Part shown: piece after piece, positions 50,292-63,418 of the stretch
How the letters are laid out: every line of letters begins with the position of its first letter
Position numbering within the stretch: position 1 is the stretch's first letter
Assembly (NCBI GenBank): GCA_020891255.1
Contig: BQFW01000006.1
Location: 1,736,001 to 1,800,000 of the forward strand
DNA: 64,000 nt
Source: Entomortierella parvispora E1425
Lineage: Eukaryota > Fungi > Mortierellomycota
Direction of reading: 5' to 3'
Program-made: the position numbers and the translations under genes
Notes under the pieces: model-generated
The model's database searches: none
The model's input: the letters and a program-made list of their open reading frames with translations, nothing else
Told to the model about the DNA's origin: nothing

Positions 50292-51196
50292 CTATTGTCG
50301 AAACCCAGCAATGGTTACTCCTACACTGATACCTGCAGCGACTAGGGACATATTTGCGATCGGCGATCCCAACTCCCACCATCCTTCTCCTGCACCGGCC
50401 GTAGCAGACGACACTTTCTTGGAACTGCGTCGACGGAGCCAACCTTGGTCCATCTTGTGCGAACTCCACTCGGGTCCCATACGTGCATGCCTCATCCCTG
50501 GCAGACCATCCAACGAGAATCGATTCTTTGTATTCCAGTACTCTGTCACTTGATCCTCCGTCTTCTTTTTCCAATAGTTGATCTGGGTGGGTCGAGGTCC
50601 CTTGTAGTCATAATAAGGCACACCAAACCCACAGCTGGTCCCAACAGATTCGACGTCCATGACAATAATGGATCGCTTTCCGGTGGCGTTCCGCAGATCT
50701 GAATCTTGGTAAAGGTCCTGGAACAATGTGTTGAACTCCGCCGTGTCGACTCGAACGACTCGTCCCTGACCCCAGATTCTCAGGATCCGAGGAGCTCCCT
50801 CGAAGGCGCAGAGCATGATGGTGACCCGTCCATTCTCTTCGATATGGCTCTGTGTCTCGATACCGAATCCTATCATAGAGTGAACACAAAGTTAGGAATA
50901 AATATAATCTTCCGGTGCTCTCGGAAAAATAACAAAAAAAAAAAAAAAAAATGCATTGGCCATTCCAATGAATGAATAACGTGAATGCGGCATGGAGATG
51001 AGGAGGAGCACCCTACCTGTCAACTCGAGGTAACACACTTGCTTGGGGTTGATGATGCGAAAGCAGTCGTATCCTTTTGGCGACACATTGACCTTGCCTT
51101 GACCGGAAAGGGGAGCCGTGGAGACAAAGATCAGTTTTTCTGCTTCAGGATCCAGGCCACAAGGTTGTCCGTGATGAAATCCGTGAATTCGCCCAT
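50292..51196 (-). pseudogene. PNPOx-like tandem paralog, copy 2, with a frameshift after codon 21 (pseudogene, sequencing error or recoding)
   Basis: Same two-exon structure and motifs as copy 1 ('VNVSPKGYDCFRIINPKQVCYLELT|GFGIETQSHIEENGRVTIMLCAFEGAPRILRIWG'). The ATG at 51196 runs CAG AAA AAC TGA (stop 51131-51133), and the homologous sequence continues in another frame. Confidence 0.75.
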
Positions 51197-51450
51197 TTGT
51201 AAGATGTGTGGAAAGAAGAGGGGAGGAGGAGACAAAGGAGAAGGAGACTGAGGAAAGAAGGAAGATGAGGAGAAAGGGTTTGGGTTGGAGAAAGGATGAA
51301 AGCAGGGAGAGGGGCTTTTTGTAAGACTGGCTGCAGAAAAAAAAAGTGCTTCGCCGCCTTAAAGAAAACTTTCATCATTCGTCCCGATCAACACACTAAT
51401 TTGACAGAGAAACAGAGTTGAGGGTGGCGATTCTTTTATTGTTGCGTCTA

Positions 51451-54400
51451 TTATTCGTTGTTATGTTGCGCCACCTCCAAGGTCCGGAGCTCGTTCAAGA
51501 ACGCCTTGACAACACGTTTGCCAGAGTTGAGGTTCTGTAACCGGATACGTTCGTTGTTCAGATGGGCCTGATCCGAGGACTGACCCATGGGAATATGGAC
51601 GGCCTTGGCCTTCAGGCGCTTCTCGAGCCAGCGGATGGCAGGGACGGAGCCTCCCTCGCGAATAAACAGAGGCTTCTGACCCCATTCCTGCTCAATTGCT
51701 GCTTCTGCTGCCTTAAAGAATCTGTCCTCGATATCGCCCAACCACCAATCTGCAACGACCTTGATGTCAATCTGGAAGGGAAGAGAGCACGGTTAGTATA
51801 ACACAGTCGAATCAATTGGACAAACAAAGGAGAGCTGCAGATCGCGAAGAAGGTACCTCAATATCGTTCTCTGTATCGAGTTGGCTGAACACCTTTCGGA
51901 CATGTTCCTCAAACGACTTTGTAATCTCGGTCACCTCTTGGTCGGGAACAATACGCATACTGACAGACGCTTTGGCGGAACGAGGGATAACTGTCCTGTT
52001 CTTGGGTCCAGATACATCCACTTGGTGAATCGTCAGCGATGGGTTCCTCCAGCGCGCCATCAATTTGTGTTTGAGCTCTTCCTTGGTCACGCCTGTGGCG
52101 AGAGGATCCCAGTGGCGCTGCCCCGAGGGATTGTTGAACATATCTTCAACAATGGGGTCGTAGAGGGCATCCTCGTGTGCTGTCAATGGTCGAATGCAGT
52201 CGTAGAATCCAGGAATCTTGGCGGTCCTGTCAGGGTTGACAAGTTCGGACAAGACCTTGACCATGTCAATCAGAGGTTCAGAGACCGCTCCTCCATCCAC
52301 TCCTGAGTGCAGATCCACGTTCTTGCTGTTGATCGTCAAGGTCGAGTGAATAACGCCGCGGAGACCATAGGTCAGGCAAGGAATATCCTCTCCAAGCCAG
52401 TAAGAGTTACTATTTGAATACAAGAACAGTTAGATGGCTGTCGCAACTGTTTTGGTATCAAAAAAGATAGGGAAATAAAACAAACTGTCCTCACCTTAAC
52501 AGAATAACATCGGCCTCCTCGAAGAGACCGATGTTTTGATCCACTGCTTGGAAGAAGCCCACACTTCCGTTCTCTTCCTCGCCCTCAATCAAGAATTTGA
52601 CGTTCACATCCAACTTTTGCTCCTCTTGCAACTCGCTTGCTGCAAAAATGCAAGCCAGAATGGGGCCCTTGTTATCCGAAGCTCCACGACCATAAAGATA
52701 TCCATCTTTGCCTAGTGGTTGAAAAAGCGATGTTAGTTTGAGATAGCGTGCAAAGGCTGAAGGATATATTTCCCCTACGAAATAGAGTCTGCCTTTTACC
52801 TGTCAACTTGAATGGAGGGTGATCCCACTTCTTGCTATCTGCAGCAATGACGTCGTAGTGTCCGTAGACAAGCACGTTCAGTGGTCGTGTGTTTTCGTTC
52901 AGTTTTGAAGTGCGTGCGCTGAACTGCCCATACACTAGTGGGTTCTGTCCTGGTGCTCCCGGAATCAATCGAGATTCTGCTCCGAGCTGCTGAAGAACAG
53001 CCTTCAAGAACTTCGCTCCTCTCCTGCATTCCTCCAATTGTGATGGTACTCCCGACACTGTTGGCATTGCAATCCACTTTTCCAAGGCATACAACATAAC
53101 ATCTAATTGAGTACAATGATAATCATTGGTCAGCGTTCCCGAAGATACCGGTATGGCCCATTGAGATTTTCCAGCAATGATGATATGGGTACCTTCTGCT
53201 GCTGTATCTACGGGCTCTGCCTGAGTGTTGCCTTTCTTGATGGACCAAAGCTATAACCGTCAAGTTCGATTAGTCAAACCGAAACTACCCCTAAAGAAAC
53301 AGTTCTTTTGGGACTCTCATCATTCTTACCTTGATAAACTTGTCGCTTCCACCACTAATCAAGTAGTCCTTTGTGCTTGCTAAAGAGAGAACGCTGCCTC
53401 TGTGGTCACTCCAAGTCTGCAATGGTTCAAAGCTTCGGTGCCATTGCTAAGGGAAAAAATAAATAAACAAATTTCAGGGTTGTGTTGTCGGCTTACCCAC
53501 GTTTTCAAAGAAATGAGAGCATGGTTGTGGTTTCCCAAACCTTCATGCACAATCACACCATCCGGTACCTTCACAACGCCATCTGCAGATGCACTGTAAA
53601 CTTGGGATCCTCGGACAACAAGGGCAAGGACATCGTCCTTTGGGAGCGGGAAAAAAGGGGGAAAAGGGAAAAGAGGTGTTAAGAACTAACGATGGTCACA
53701 CAGGGCCAAATCCAGCTCAAATAGATAGTTTTTGGGAACTGTCCATACCTCGTGAGCAATCAAAGAGCGAATGAGCTGGAATGTCTCCAAGTCAAAGATC
53801 TGAGAAATCAAAAAAGAGAGATAGATTGTCAGTCTCCATGGTTTCCAAAATCCTGAAAATTGGGAGAGAAGTGTGTTGGACCTACCTTGATATTGCCTCC
53901 TTGAGAGCCACAGAATAAGAATCCATCATGCAGTGCAAGTGTCAACGTGCTAGCATCCACGCCTGCCTTCAATGTCTTCCACAGTTCAATGGGTCGACCT
54001 TTGTGAAGTTTCCACAGCTAAATTGACGGCCACATGATAATAGACCGTTAGAGATTGAGCACGAGCCTCTCAAGAATGAGGACATCTGACTGGAAGATAC
54101 CGTCTTACCTTGATGTCTCCCTCTCCAGATCCTGAAAACAAGATCTCACCCTCAACATTGGGAACTTTTCCGAGAAGCAAACAGTAGACGTATCCGAAAT
54201 GACTGTTCTGATAGATACACGACTCTGGGATGCTGTACCTCGTTACTTGATCCTCCGGCTCGTTTGTATCTGATGATCCCTCAAAGAACCTAGGCGTATG
54301 GCTGCGAAGACTGTGTGTGATGTTGGGCGAGTGAGGCACATCTGGCTTGGACTCTGAGAAATCAAACCACTACGGAAAGAAAGATGCAGGTTAGCAGCAG

Positions 54401-55094
54401 TCTCGCATTCGTAAGTAAAAGGCAGGGCATCCATCCTACCTGAATGCTAGTGTTTTGGCAGCCAATATACATGGTGTTCAAGGCGTCAGAGAAGACGACA
54501 GAAAAGACATCGCCAACGTCCTGGCTAGAGTGGATATGATACAAGCATTTGAAGGTGGTTGTGTCCCAGACGCGCACTGTGCCATCTCCGGACGAGCTGA
54601 AAAGCCATTTTCCGTCCTCACGCAAGGTCAAGGAGAGAATGCTACCGAGATGGCCCTTGAGGTTGGCTTTGAGTTGAAAGTGCTCGAGATCCCAGACCTA
54701 AAGAGGCAGAGGATGCAAATGCAAAGGTACCGATGTGAGCATACATGGGAAGAGAGCTGACTCTTTTAGACAGACTGACACCGCGATCACGACATTTCGA
54801 TAAGGTTCACTTCGACTGTCCGTACGTGGATATCAGAGCCATGGGCCCCCTGGCCTCCGCTGAAGAGGAGCTTCTCTGTCGCGGCAAGAGAAAGCACCGA
54901 GTTTTCTTCCTGAGTCAACGTATGCAGGCATGAGGATGTCTGGGCAGACACTCCATGGGACGACGAGCTTCGGGACAGGCTGGCTGTGAGTAGAAAGTTG
55001 CAGAGCAAAAAAGAGTTCAGTCTCGCCGAATGTGCATAACAAGAATGAAAGAGAGTCATGCAAGGCACGCACATATGTCCTGACGGGTTGACAT
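51451..55094 (-). CDS. DUG2: Glutathione degradosome subunit Dug2 (WD40 repeats + M20A peptidase domain), multi-exon
   Basis: WD40 exons ('WLFSSSGDGTVRVW', 'LFSGSGEGDIKV') are fused to M20 motifs 'GHYDV', 'GRGASDNKGP', 'EGEEENGS', 'LLSNSYWLGEDIPCLTYGLRG', 'DLHSGVDGG', 'FIREGGSVP', 'QAHLNNERI'. Confidence 0.9.
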
Positions 55095-55788
55095 GGTAGG
55101 TCGTGAATGGAGAGAGGGAGAGAGGGAGAGAGGGAGAGAATGGGGGTGATGAGATGTAGCGGGAGACAGTGGGGAAGTAATCAATATATGGGAAATGAGG
55201 AAAGAAAGAGAGAGTGTGGGGATCTGTCTACCTCAAAGGAGAGCATCATTCCTATGGAGGATTTGGTTTCTGACCTCAGCCACCCCTGACGGGAATTGTG
55301 TGTCCTTTTGGGCCACGCGACGGGACGCGAGCGCTCTGCTTTCACTGCCTTGCCCTGCCTTGCCTCGCCTTGCCTTGCTTTCCAAAACGAGTGCATTCAC
55401 ACGCAAAGAGAAGTGCAGACCAAAAAGACCATCGACTTCTTTCTTTCTGCCTCACGCCAGTGAGCATGAATACAATGCGCAAGGAACCAACTGCTAGTCC
55501 AGGATCGAACAAAGCCCGAAGGGATCTTTTCCTAGTGCAGGATCAATTGAGAATCCAGCCAAAGGGACCAGAAGCTGGCAAGGTGCATGGGTGACCTGGG
55601 GCACACCAGCACTCAAACAGGACGAAAAGAGAAGGAGCACAGACACAAACACGCACAGGTGCACCACGTCTGTTGTCAACAACAGGGTGGTCCCAACCGT
55701 CTTATTTTTTCTATTTTTTGGCTTTCTTCTTTTCCGCTCCACTTTTTCCTTCTTTCTTCTTCAACCCGCAACATTCATCACTCACAAC

Positions 55789-57528
55789 ATGCCCTCCTCC
55801 CGACCTCAGTCCGAGGCCATCAACCGAATCACAAAGATCTTTGCATTTCCAATCTCTGCTTACGATGCTTTGGTTGACCAATTCATCAAGGAGATGGACG
55901 AAGGACTCCAGCAAGAGAATCGCATGGTAAATGCTTGTTCGCTCGCCCTCAATCTGCAGCATTCCGCTTTATGAAGTATGAATAGCCCATGAAACTGACG
56001 CCCTCTACTGTACAGCCCATGATCCCCACTTTCGTTTATGAACTCCCCACTGGTGAAGAGACAGGTGTCATCCTCTCACTCGATTTGGGTAAGCCTGGTT
56101 ATTCCCTGCAGATCGGGGTTAAAACAATGCAACGGATTATGGCAGCGTTACTCATCGCCTCCTTCACACGACACCACAGGTGGAACCAACTTGCGAGTCT
56201 GCAGGACGACTCTCTCTGGCAATGGCGTGTTCGACATCATCCATCAGAAATGGACCATCTCGGACGAGCTCAAGAAGGGGCCAGGTGTAGAACTGTTTGC
56301 CTGGATCGCCGATAGGATCGAAGAGTTTCTCTCGAACCAATGTCAAAGTGAGCGTCCCGAGGGTGAGTTTCCCTTGGGGATGACGTTTTCATTCCCTTGC
56401 GACCAGCAGGATATCAATGTTGGCAAGCTGATCAACTGGACAAAAGGTACAGAAGACCGTCCCACAGACAATTTGTTTTTCGTGACGCGATAAGGCCGCA
56501 TTTTTCTGTTGGGCTCCCCACAATTGGTCGATCAATCGTTGACAGGTCGTTATCTCTTTCGTTCCTGTTTATTTTTACGTCAACTTGTAGGCTTCCGGGG
56601 TCAGGATGTAGTTGGAAAGGATGTTGTCAAGATTCTGCAGGACAGACTCGATGCCAAAAACCTGCGTATCAAGGTCAACTCATTAATCAACGATACGGTC
56701 GGCACCCTCTTGGCCACAACGTACAAGCACCCAGGCTGCGAGATTGGCATTATCTTTGGAACAGGAACCAACTGTGCGTATCTGGAAGATCAGAAAGAGA
56801 TTACAAAGATCAAGGTCGGTGCCGCCAACTACGAATCACCCACCGGCCAGCAGATTATCAACACAGAGTGGGGTGCGTTTGGAAACGCTAGTGGAGCCTT
56901 GCCCACGAACGAGTATGATACCGCCGTGAACGCCAGGAGTAGTCAGCCTGGAAAGCAACTGTACGAGAAGATGGTCTCGGGTCTGTACATTTCAGAGCTG
57001 GCCCGCTTTGTCATCCACGATCTGGCCCAAAAAGGTGAACTCTTTGCCAGCGCCTCTGGCAAACCAAAAACAGATGCAGAGCTGGGTGATCTTGCTATCA
57101 AAGAGCGGTTTGACGGAGCGATGATGGGGTCCCTGGAGGGCGATGAATCCGAGACGCTGACTGTAATTGAGCAACACTTCCAAAAGACCTATGGACTTGC
57201 TACATCGCAAAGCGATCGGGAAACGATCAAGGCCATTTGCCAATTAATTTCTGCTCGGGCGGCCCGTTTGTCCGCCGTTGGAATTGCGGCGTTGATCAAG
57301 AAGCGTGAGCTGTTGTTGCAGTCCAAGAAGGTGATTGTTGGAATTGATGGCAGTCTGTTCAACAAGTACCCCGGGTTCCGTCGGCATCTCGAGGGAGCGC
57401 TGCACGAAATCTTTGACCCAGCTACAGTCACGGCCAAGATTGAACTCATTGGTGCAGAGGATGGCAGTGGAGTGGGTGGAGCCATTGCCGCGTATCTGTC
57501 CTGCAAGCACCAAGGACACTCCATTTAG
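55789..57528 (+). CDS. HXK: Hexokinase, 4 exons
   Basis: 'PMIPTFV', 'LSLDL|GGTNLRV', 'LGMTFSFP', 'INDTVGTL', 'IFGTGTN', 'INTEWGAFG', 'YEKMVSGLY', 'GIDGSLF', 'EDGSGVG'. Confidence 0.95.
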
Positions 57529-58330
57529 AGCGAGAGAGAAGGAGTGAATGAGTGGAAAGGATAAGAGATGTATCCCGCTCATGAAGCAAGTATAAATATA
57601 TGATTCATATCCCTGCATGTGCGCGGATGCGCCTGAACTGCTTCCCCCTCTTTTCGCGCACGCGCAGTTTGCTGTGTGCTGTCTGGACCCCTGTCCGCCT
57701 GAGCCCAGTAGGGGGAAACAGGATTGAATTTCTCTGGAGGAATGGGAGATCAACTTTACCAGCAAGGAGGGACGGGGTCCAAAGGCAAAAGGACACGGAA
57801 AAAAAAAAGAAGAAAAAAAAAGCCTCCCTGGACCATATCTTGAAAGGGCATCTATCTTTGATGTGTGACAGCGAGGCAGGGGTATTTGGACGCAACTCGA
57901 TCCATTCCTTGAGCAAAAAGGTACATCATGCTCCATGTTTGGGGTATAGAGAGAGACAGAGGGAGAGAGAGCGAGATGGACGCGAGTGAAACGGCGTTTT
58001 TGACACTGAACAGATTGCCTCTGTTAAAAAAACAAAAAAAAAGTTCTTCCTGGAAGATGGGTACAGAGACAAGAGCAGCGTACAGATATGAGCAAGAGAG
58101 AGAGAGTGTGTGTGTGTGTGGACCACGTCTTGGCGATGCTCTCAGTCAGGGCAGTCGTCTCTGCTTTTTTAGCCTTTCATCAATCAGTCGGTCCGACTGT
58201 CCCTGTGCCTGTGCCTGTGCCTGTGGGCGTGTGTGAGGTGGGAGGAGGGAGGTGTGAGGTGTGAAAAGAGTCTGTTTGGGTGTGGGTGTGCCACACTGCC
58301 AGTCCAAAGAGAGCCAGGCGAGAGCAGCGA

Positions 58331-58365
58331 GGGAACAGAGGGAACAGTGGGAACAGTGGGAACAA
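58331..58365. repeat. 9-bp tandem repeat (GGGAACAGT/A) x about 4 in the RhoGEF upstream region
   Basis: gggaacaga gggaacagt gggaacagt gggaacaa; a neighbouring (CCTGTG)4 lies at about 58202-58225 and (CAA)n at about 58472-58497. Confidence 0.9.
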
Positions 58366-58798
58366 TACAATACAGCAATGAAAGAAGGACCAAAGGAACA
58401 AAGGAACGAAGGAAGCAAAGGACCCAAGAACTCAAGAGTGGCCACACTCACACTGGGCGCACAGGTATATACCAACAACAACAACAACAACAACAACATC
58501 CATCAGAGCATGGCCTTGCCTTTCATTTCACTGCACCTTTCGGCTGTGTTTCCGCGCCCCTTCTCTGTTCTTTCTTCCTCTCTCTTCTCTCCCTCTCTTC
58601 TTCCTCTTGTTATCCCTCTCTCTCTCATCTCCTCATCTCCTCTGTCCTACTGTACTGCTTCCATTTCATCCATCCCGCTCTCCATCCCCTCCTGCCTCCC
58701 TCAATCCGCACCCAGCCCTTCTCATTTACACGGGACCTGCGCGGATCGACTCCACTTCAGTTCCAGCCAGGAAGTCGCCCTGTCCATCTACTGTCGCA

Positions 58799-61700
58799 AT
58801 GAACCCCATGCACTCGCCCAGGCCCATGGCCATGGCACCACAGAGGGTAAGGACATTCTCTCTGCATGGCTGTGCCCTGTCCTCCTGATTGCCATTCCTT
58901 CGGCGCGATCCAGCTCACCATTGAATCGTCTCTTCCATCACCTTTTTTCCAATGCATTCACCTAGCCCTTCTATCCTGGACCACCCAACCCAGGATTCGG
59001 TAACCAGCTGCCGTTGCGACCCATCCCACCTCATGTATGTTCTAGCCTGTTATCGCTGGCCCAAGCTTCTGCTATTTTGCCATGCTCAACGTCCGTTCGC
59101 TCTTAACAGCTCTTCCCCCACTAACCAAAAGCGGTCCATACTTTCTGATTCCTCGGGCCTGAAATAGCTCCAACGGCCTCCTTTCGAGCAGCCTATGCTT
59201 CCCCTTCCACGATCACAGAACCCCCTTGAGGATCTGATTGAAACGGAAAAGGAATTTGTCCAGGACCTGAAGATCCTCTTGCAGGTATGGGTGGACCCAA
59301 AAAAGAAGGGAAAACGTGTTACACCTTCGCCCCTGTCCGCTGGCAACGTTCTCGTTTTGATCAGTTGGAGAAAAAATGACCCTGGCTGACTGGACAACTC
59401 TCTTTTTTTGGGACCTTGTAGCGAGTCTCCGCTGGTTGGACACAGGACGACCTTCCACCTAAAGAGGTCGATGAGATGCTTCGGGATATCGAGGTCATTC
59501 ACACCATCAACAGGAAACTGACCAAGAAGCTTGAAGAAGTACAGTCTAGCCCGGAAGCCATGGTTGAGCTTGGCAAGGTTCTCATGTGGTTTGTCGATGC
59601 GATGGAGGCCCCCTATTCCAACTATTGCAGGAACCATGTGCCTCTGCTCGACAACTGGCCCGAGATCATCAACAACTCGCGGTTACAGAACATTCTCACC
59701 GTAAGTAGACCGGACAGAGCAGGAACCATTCTTGATTGCCTCCGCTATTATTGGGAAACCAAAACAGCCCACTTATCCGCCCGCGATCGTTTTTGATTCT
59801 ATAGGAAATCGCCGCAGAACAGGTGCAGCATGTCACCCTCGATACGTTCATGATGAAACCAATAGACCGCTTACATTATTACCGCCGATTATACATGGTA
59901 CTGTGGAGCATGTTGACTGAAGGCAAAGGGCATTGTGTCGTTTATTGCTACTAAACAGGATGTACTCTTACGCATTTATCACATTTTATCTTGGTCTATG
60001 GAATTACAGAGGCTATTGGAGAGCTCAGAGCGGGGAAACCCTGACTTTGAGCCACTGGAGGCCGCCTTCTTGCGCATTGACACCATTTTGCGCTTGGTAA
60101 CCGTCGATGTCCCTGGAACTTCACGTCACCCAGCCTCACCTGCCCTCTCCGGCATCTCCAGTATGTCCGCCTTGAGGCAGGCACTTCCCTCTCCGCCCAT
60201 CACGGATCAAACTTCGCCCAACTTCCCTCCCCAAGGCAGGATGCCAAATTCACCAGCACTGCCTCCCTCTCCACTTTCGCCAGGCATGAGCCCACATCAG
60301 CGCCCGCAGCCAAACAACCAGGGGCCGCTACGCACCGCCGAGGCGATGATGGCATTGGAGCAGTCTTTGGACACTAGCAAGGTTTTGGATCTGTTCACAA
60401 TGCAACCAAAAACCTGTGCACTCTCCCTGGCATCCATCGAGCGGGATGTCATTGTCCGTGGCGATTATTGCTTCACTATTTCCACAGACGACGGCCCAGA
60501 GGATCGATTTGAGGATGGCCACGTGCTCCTGCTCTCAGACCTCTTGCTGGTTTGCAGAACAAAAACACACGAGGAAAGGGACAACAATCCAGAAGGCGAC
60601 AACTCGGCCTTTTGGCTGCTCTTCCCACCTTTGGCAGTTCGACACGTTTTTGCAAGGGACGGTACTGGGGAGGACCAGGTGCCCATCGTAGAATTGACTA
60701 TTGTCAACAGAGTCAAGGCACGGATATGGATTCTGGAAGATCGACTCAAGTTTGCGTGGATCAATGAGATCAACAGTGCTCAGCAGCGGGACTTTGCTAA
60801 AGCTCAGCAGGGTCAGCTTCAACGGAACATGACCCAGACGCGACCCATGATGCGACCTTCCTCGCCACTCTCGCCTACTTTTCAGGGTGGACCTCCTCAA
60901 CAGTATAATGGTAATGGACCAGTCTCGCCACAGTTTCCAGGACAGCCTGGTGGACCCATGCCTCTGAGGCCTCGGCCTTCGATGATGGGAAGACCACCCA
61001 TGGGTCCCATGGGTCCCATGGGCTCACCTGGCTTTCGACCACAGATGGGACCAGGCATGGGGCCAGGAATGGGGCCAAGCATGGGGCCAGGGCCTGGAAT
61101 GGGACCTGGAATGGGACCTGGACCTGGAATGGGGCCCAGGCCATCGATGAACGGACGTCCAGGACCGCGTCCCTTCAATCGAGCCATGGTAGGAACATGT
61201 GTTTTCAGGTGTTATCAACGATTTTCGGAAAACATGTTTTGGTTTGCTCATATTTTCCTTTTATCAATTGCTAAATGCAAAAAAAAAAATAGAGTATGCG
61301 AAGATCGAACACCATGGGCCGATCTAACACCATGGGCCGATCCAATACCATGAACGGTCGACCCAGGGGACGGGTATTAGCTCAAAACGACGCTGCTGCG
61401 GCGAAAGAAGTGATGTTCAAAACGAAACCTTGTGATGTCTTTCAATGGCGGGACGATATCTGGGATCCGTTGGTGGAGGATGACGACTGCTTTGTGGAGT
61501 TGCGATTGACCACGGCAAACCGGTTGGCGATGGCGGTGACGACATTTGAGCAAGGACAGCTGGTCTTGAATGCTTGGATTGTCGAGTCGACTACTTTTAG
61601 ACGAGCCTCTGAAACGGATGTGAGCGTGTCCATGGATATGGGTGCCAGTGTGCAATGGTTTCTGGTGGCTCTGAACTCTGGACGAGAAGCGGAGGAATTC

Positions 61701-62183
61701 TGTATGGCGTTTCAACGGACCAAGGATCGGGCCATGTACGATCCAAGCCTGGTAAAGTCAGGTGCGTCACCGGTGCTCTCTCGCGGGGATTCATTAGCTT
61801 CGACAGTGTTGCCCAAGACTGCGAGGGAACGACCAGTGAAACAGACGTTGAATTCGATGTATCCTCCCTCAGAGTGCAAGTTACTTTTACAAGCAGGCGA
61901 TCATGGTCAATGGATGAGCATGGGAAAAGCGAGGGTTGAGGTCAAGAGGGAGACCCCCTCAGGCCATGTACGGTTGTTTGTAGGCCTGGTGTCGAACAAT
62001 CGACGGATCCTGGATAGCGTGATTGTACAGTGCGATTGCCTGGAACTAGTAGGACCCAAGAAGTTGGCGATCACACTGATGAACGCTCAAGAGAAGATGA
62101 GCATTATCTATATGCTCCAGTTCAAGGATGAGGGAATGACCAACAAGATCTTTGAAGCTCTCAGCTTGAACGAGAATGAATAG
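58799..62183 (+). CDS. Rho guanine-nucleotide exchange factor (DH-PH) with Pro/Gly/Met-rich linker and C-terminal PH-like domains, multi-exon
   Basis: DH helix 'LEDLIETEKEFVQDLKILLQ', 'LDTFMMKPIDRLHYYRRLY', PH segment 'GHVLLLSDLLLVC...FWLLFPPL', (GPGM)n linker, terminal ORF 61296-62183. The start exon MNPMHSPRPMAMAPQR is inferred. Confidence 0.78.
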
Positions 62184-63371
62184 CATTCTAGATTTTTTTT
62201 TCCTCTGTGTTTTTCTTGTTCTTTTTGTCTGTTTGCATCCTTATTTCACTTACATAATATATCATACCTGCACTGTTGCACCAACAACACCGAGACTGAC
62301 ACCGACATCAAAACATCAAGACTGACTTTCACCGGGGAATCTCCGTTGTGCATGTTCAAGTTCTCGTACTTCTTTTTCCATTTTTAAGATGTTATCTGAA
62401 GAATCAACTTGAGACCCGCGTTCTTTCTATCCAAAACTGAATGCTTCCAACTTTTCCCAATGTTCAAGGCCGTTAGTGGCGTGGGAGGGTGGGAGGGTGG
62501 TGTGCTCTTGTCAACAAAGGGCCTTGAACGGCTGACCCTCCTGTCCGATCCACGGTCTTGTGCAACCAGGAGAGAAAACAAAATACCATTGTCCTACATT
62601 GCAATTTTCTCAGGGTAAATCGTTGCGACATGGACAAACAAATGACTAAACAGAGGTAGAAGGCAAGCAGGGGCCGAGAAGAGGGTTTGTGAGGGTCGTT
62701 CATGTTTCCCATTTTTTTTTTCTTTCTTTCTATACTTTGACCCGACTCGGCGGTTGGGAATGAAAGAAGGGGGTGACCGAGGGGGATATAGAAGGGGAGA
62801 GACAGCTGAGAATGCTTGGTACGAGGGCGGATTGGTTCCCCAGTGCTCGCAAGGGCAAGGAGCGTTACCAGCCACAAAAAAAGAGGTCAGCAAAGTGAAG
62901 AGCGCAGAGATATTATTATCGTTATCGTTCGAAAAAAAGGTCGGTTTTTGCAAATGAGGAAAAGGGCGAGAGCCGAGTGAGATGGATTGTGGACGATGGC
63001 TAGCCATTGACGAGAGCATCCCTCCCGGGCACGGTGGGACAGCAGGGGTGGTTTGTGGGCAAGCTGGTTGCCCTTCAGCAACAGACCGATAGACAGAGAG
63101 AAGAGAGCCTGCTGGCAGACAGACAGACAGACAGGCAGGCAGACAAACACACAGACAGAGAGACCAGATCAAGTCCGCGATGCGTAATAAAATGACAGAG
63201 AACGGCTCTCATGAATATGAGCGAAAGCGTGGTGAACCCAGAAAGAGAGCACAAAGGCCCTAGTAGAAAGTTAGAAACCAAGGGAGAATGAGCAAGTCGG
63301 AAAGACAACGTGAATGAAGGTGGACATCATCGCTTCTTGTTCCTGTCGTCTCCTCATCCCATCTCCATTGG

Positions 63372-63374
<3 letters not shown>

Positions 63375-63418
<44 letters not shown>

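Noticed and set aside
57926-58965. Cluster of 100-230-aa ORFs on both strands
   Set aside because: They arise from microsatellite and CT-rich leader DNA upstream of the RhoGEF.
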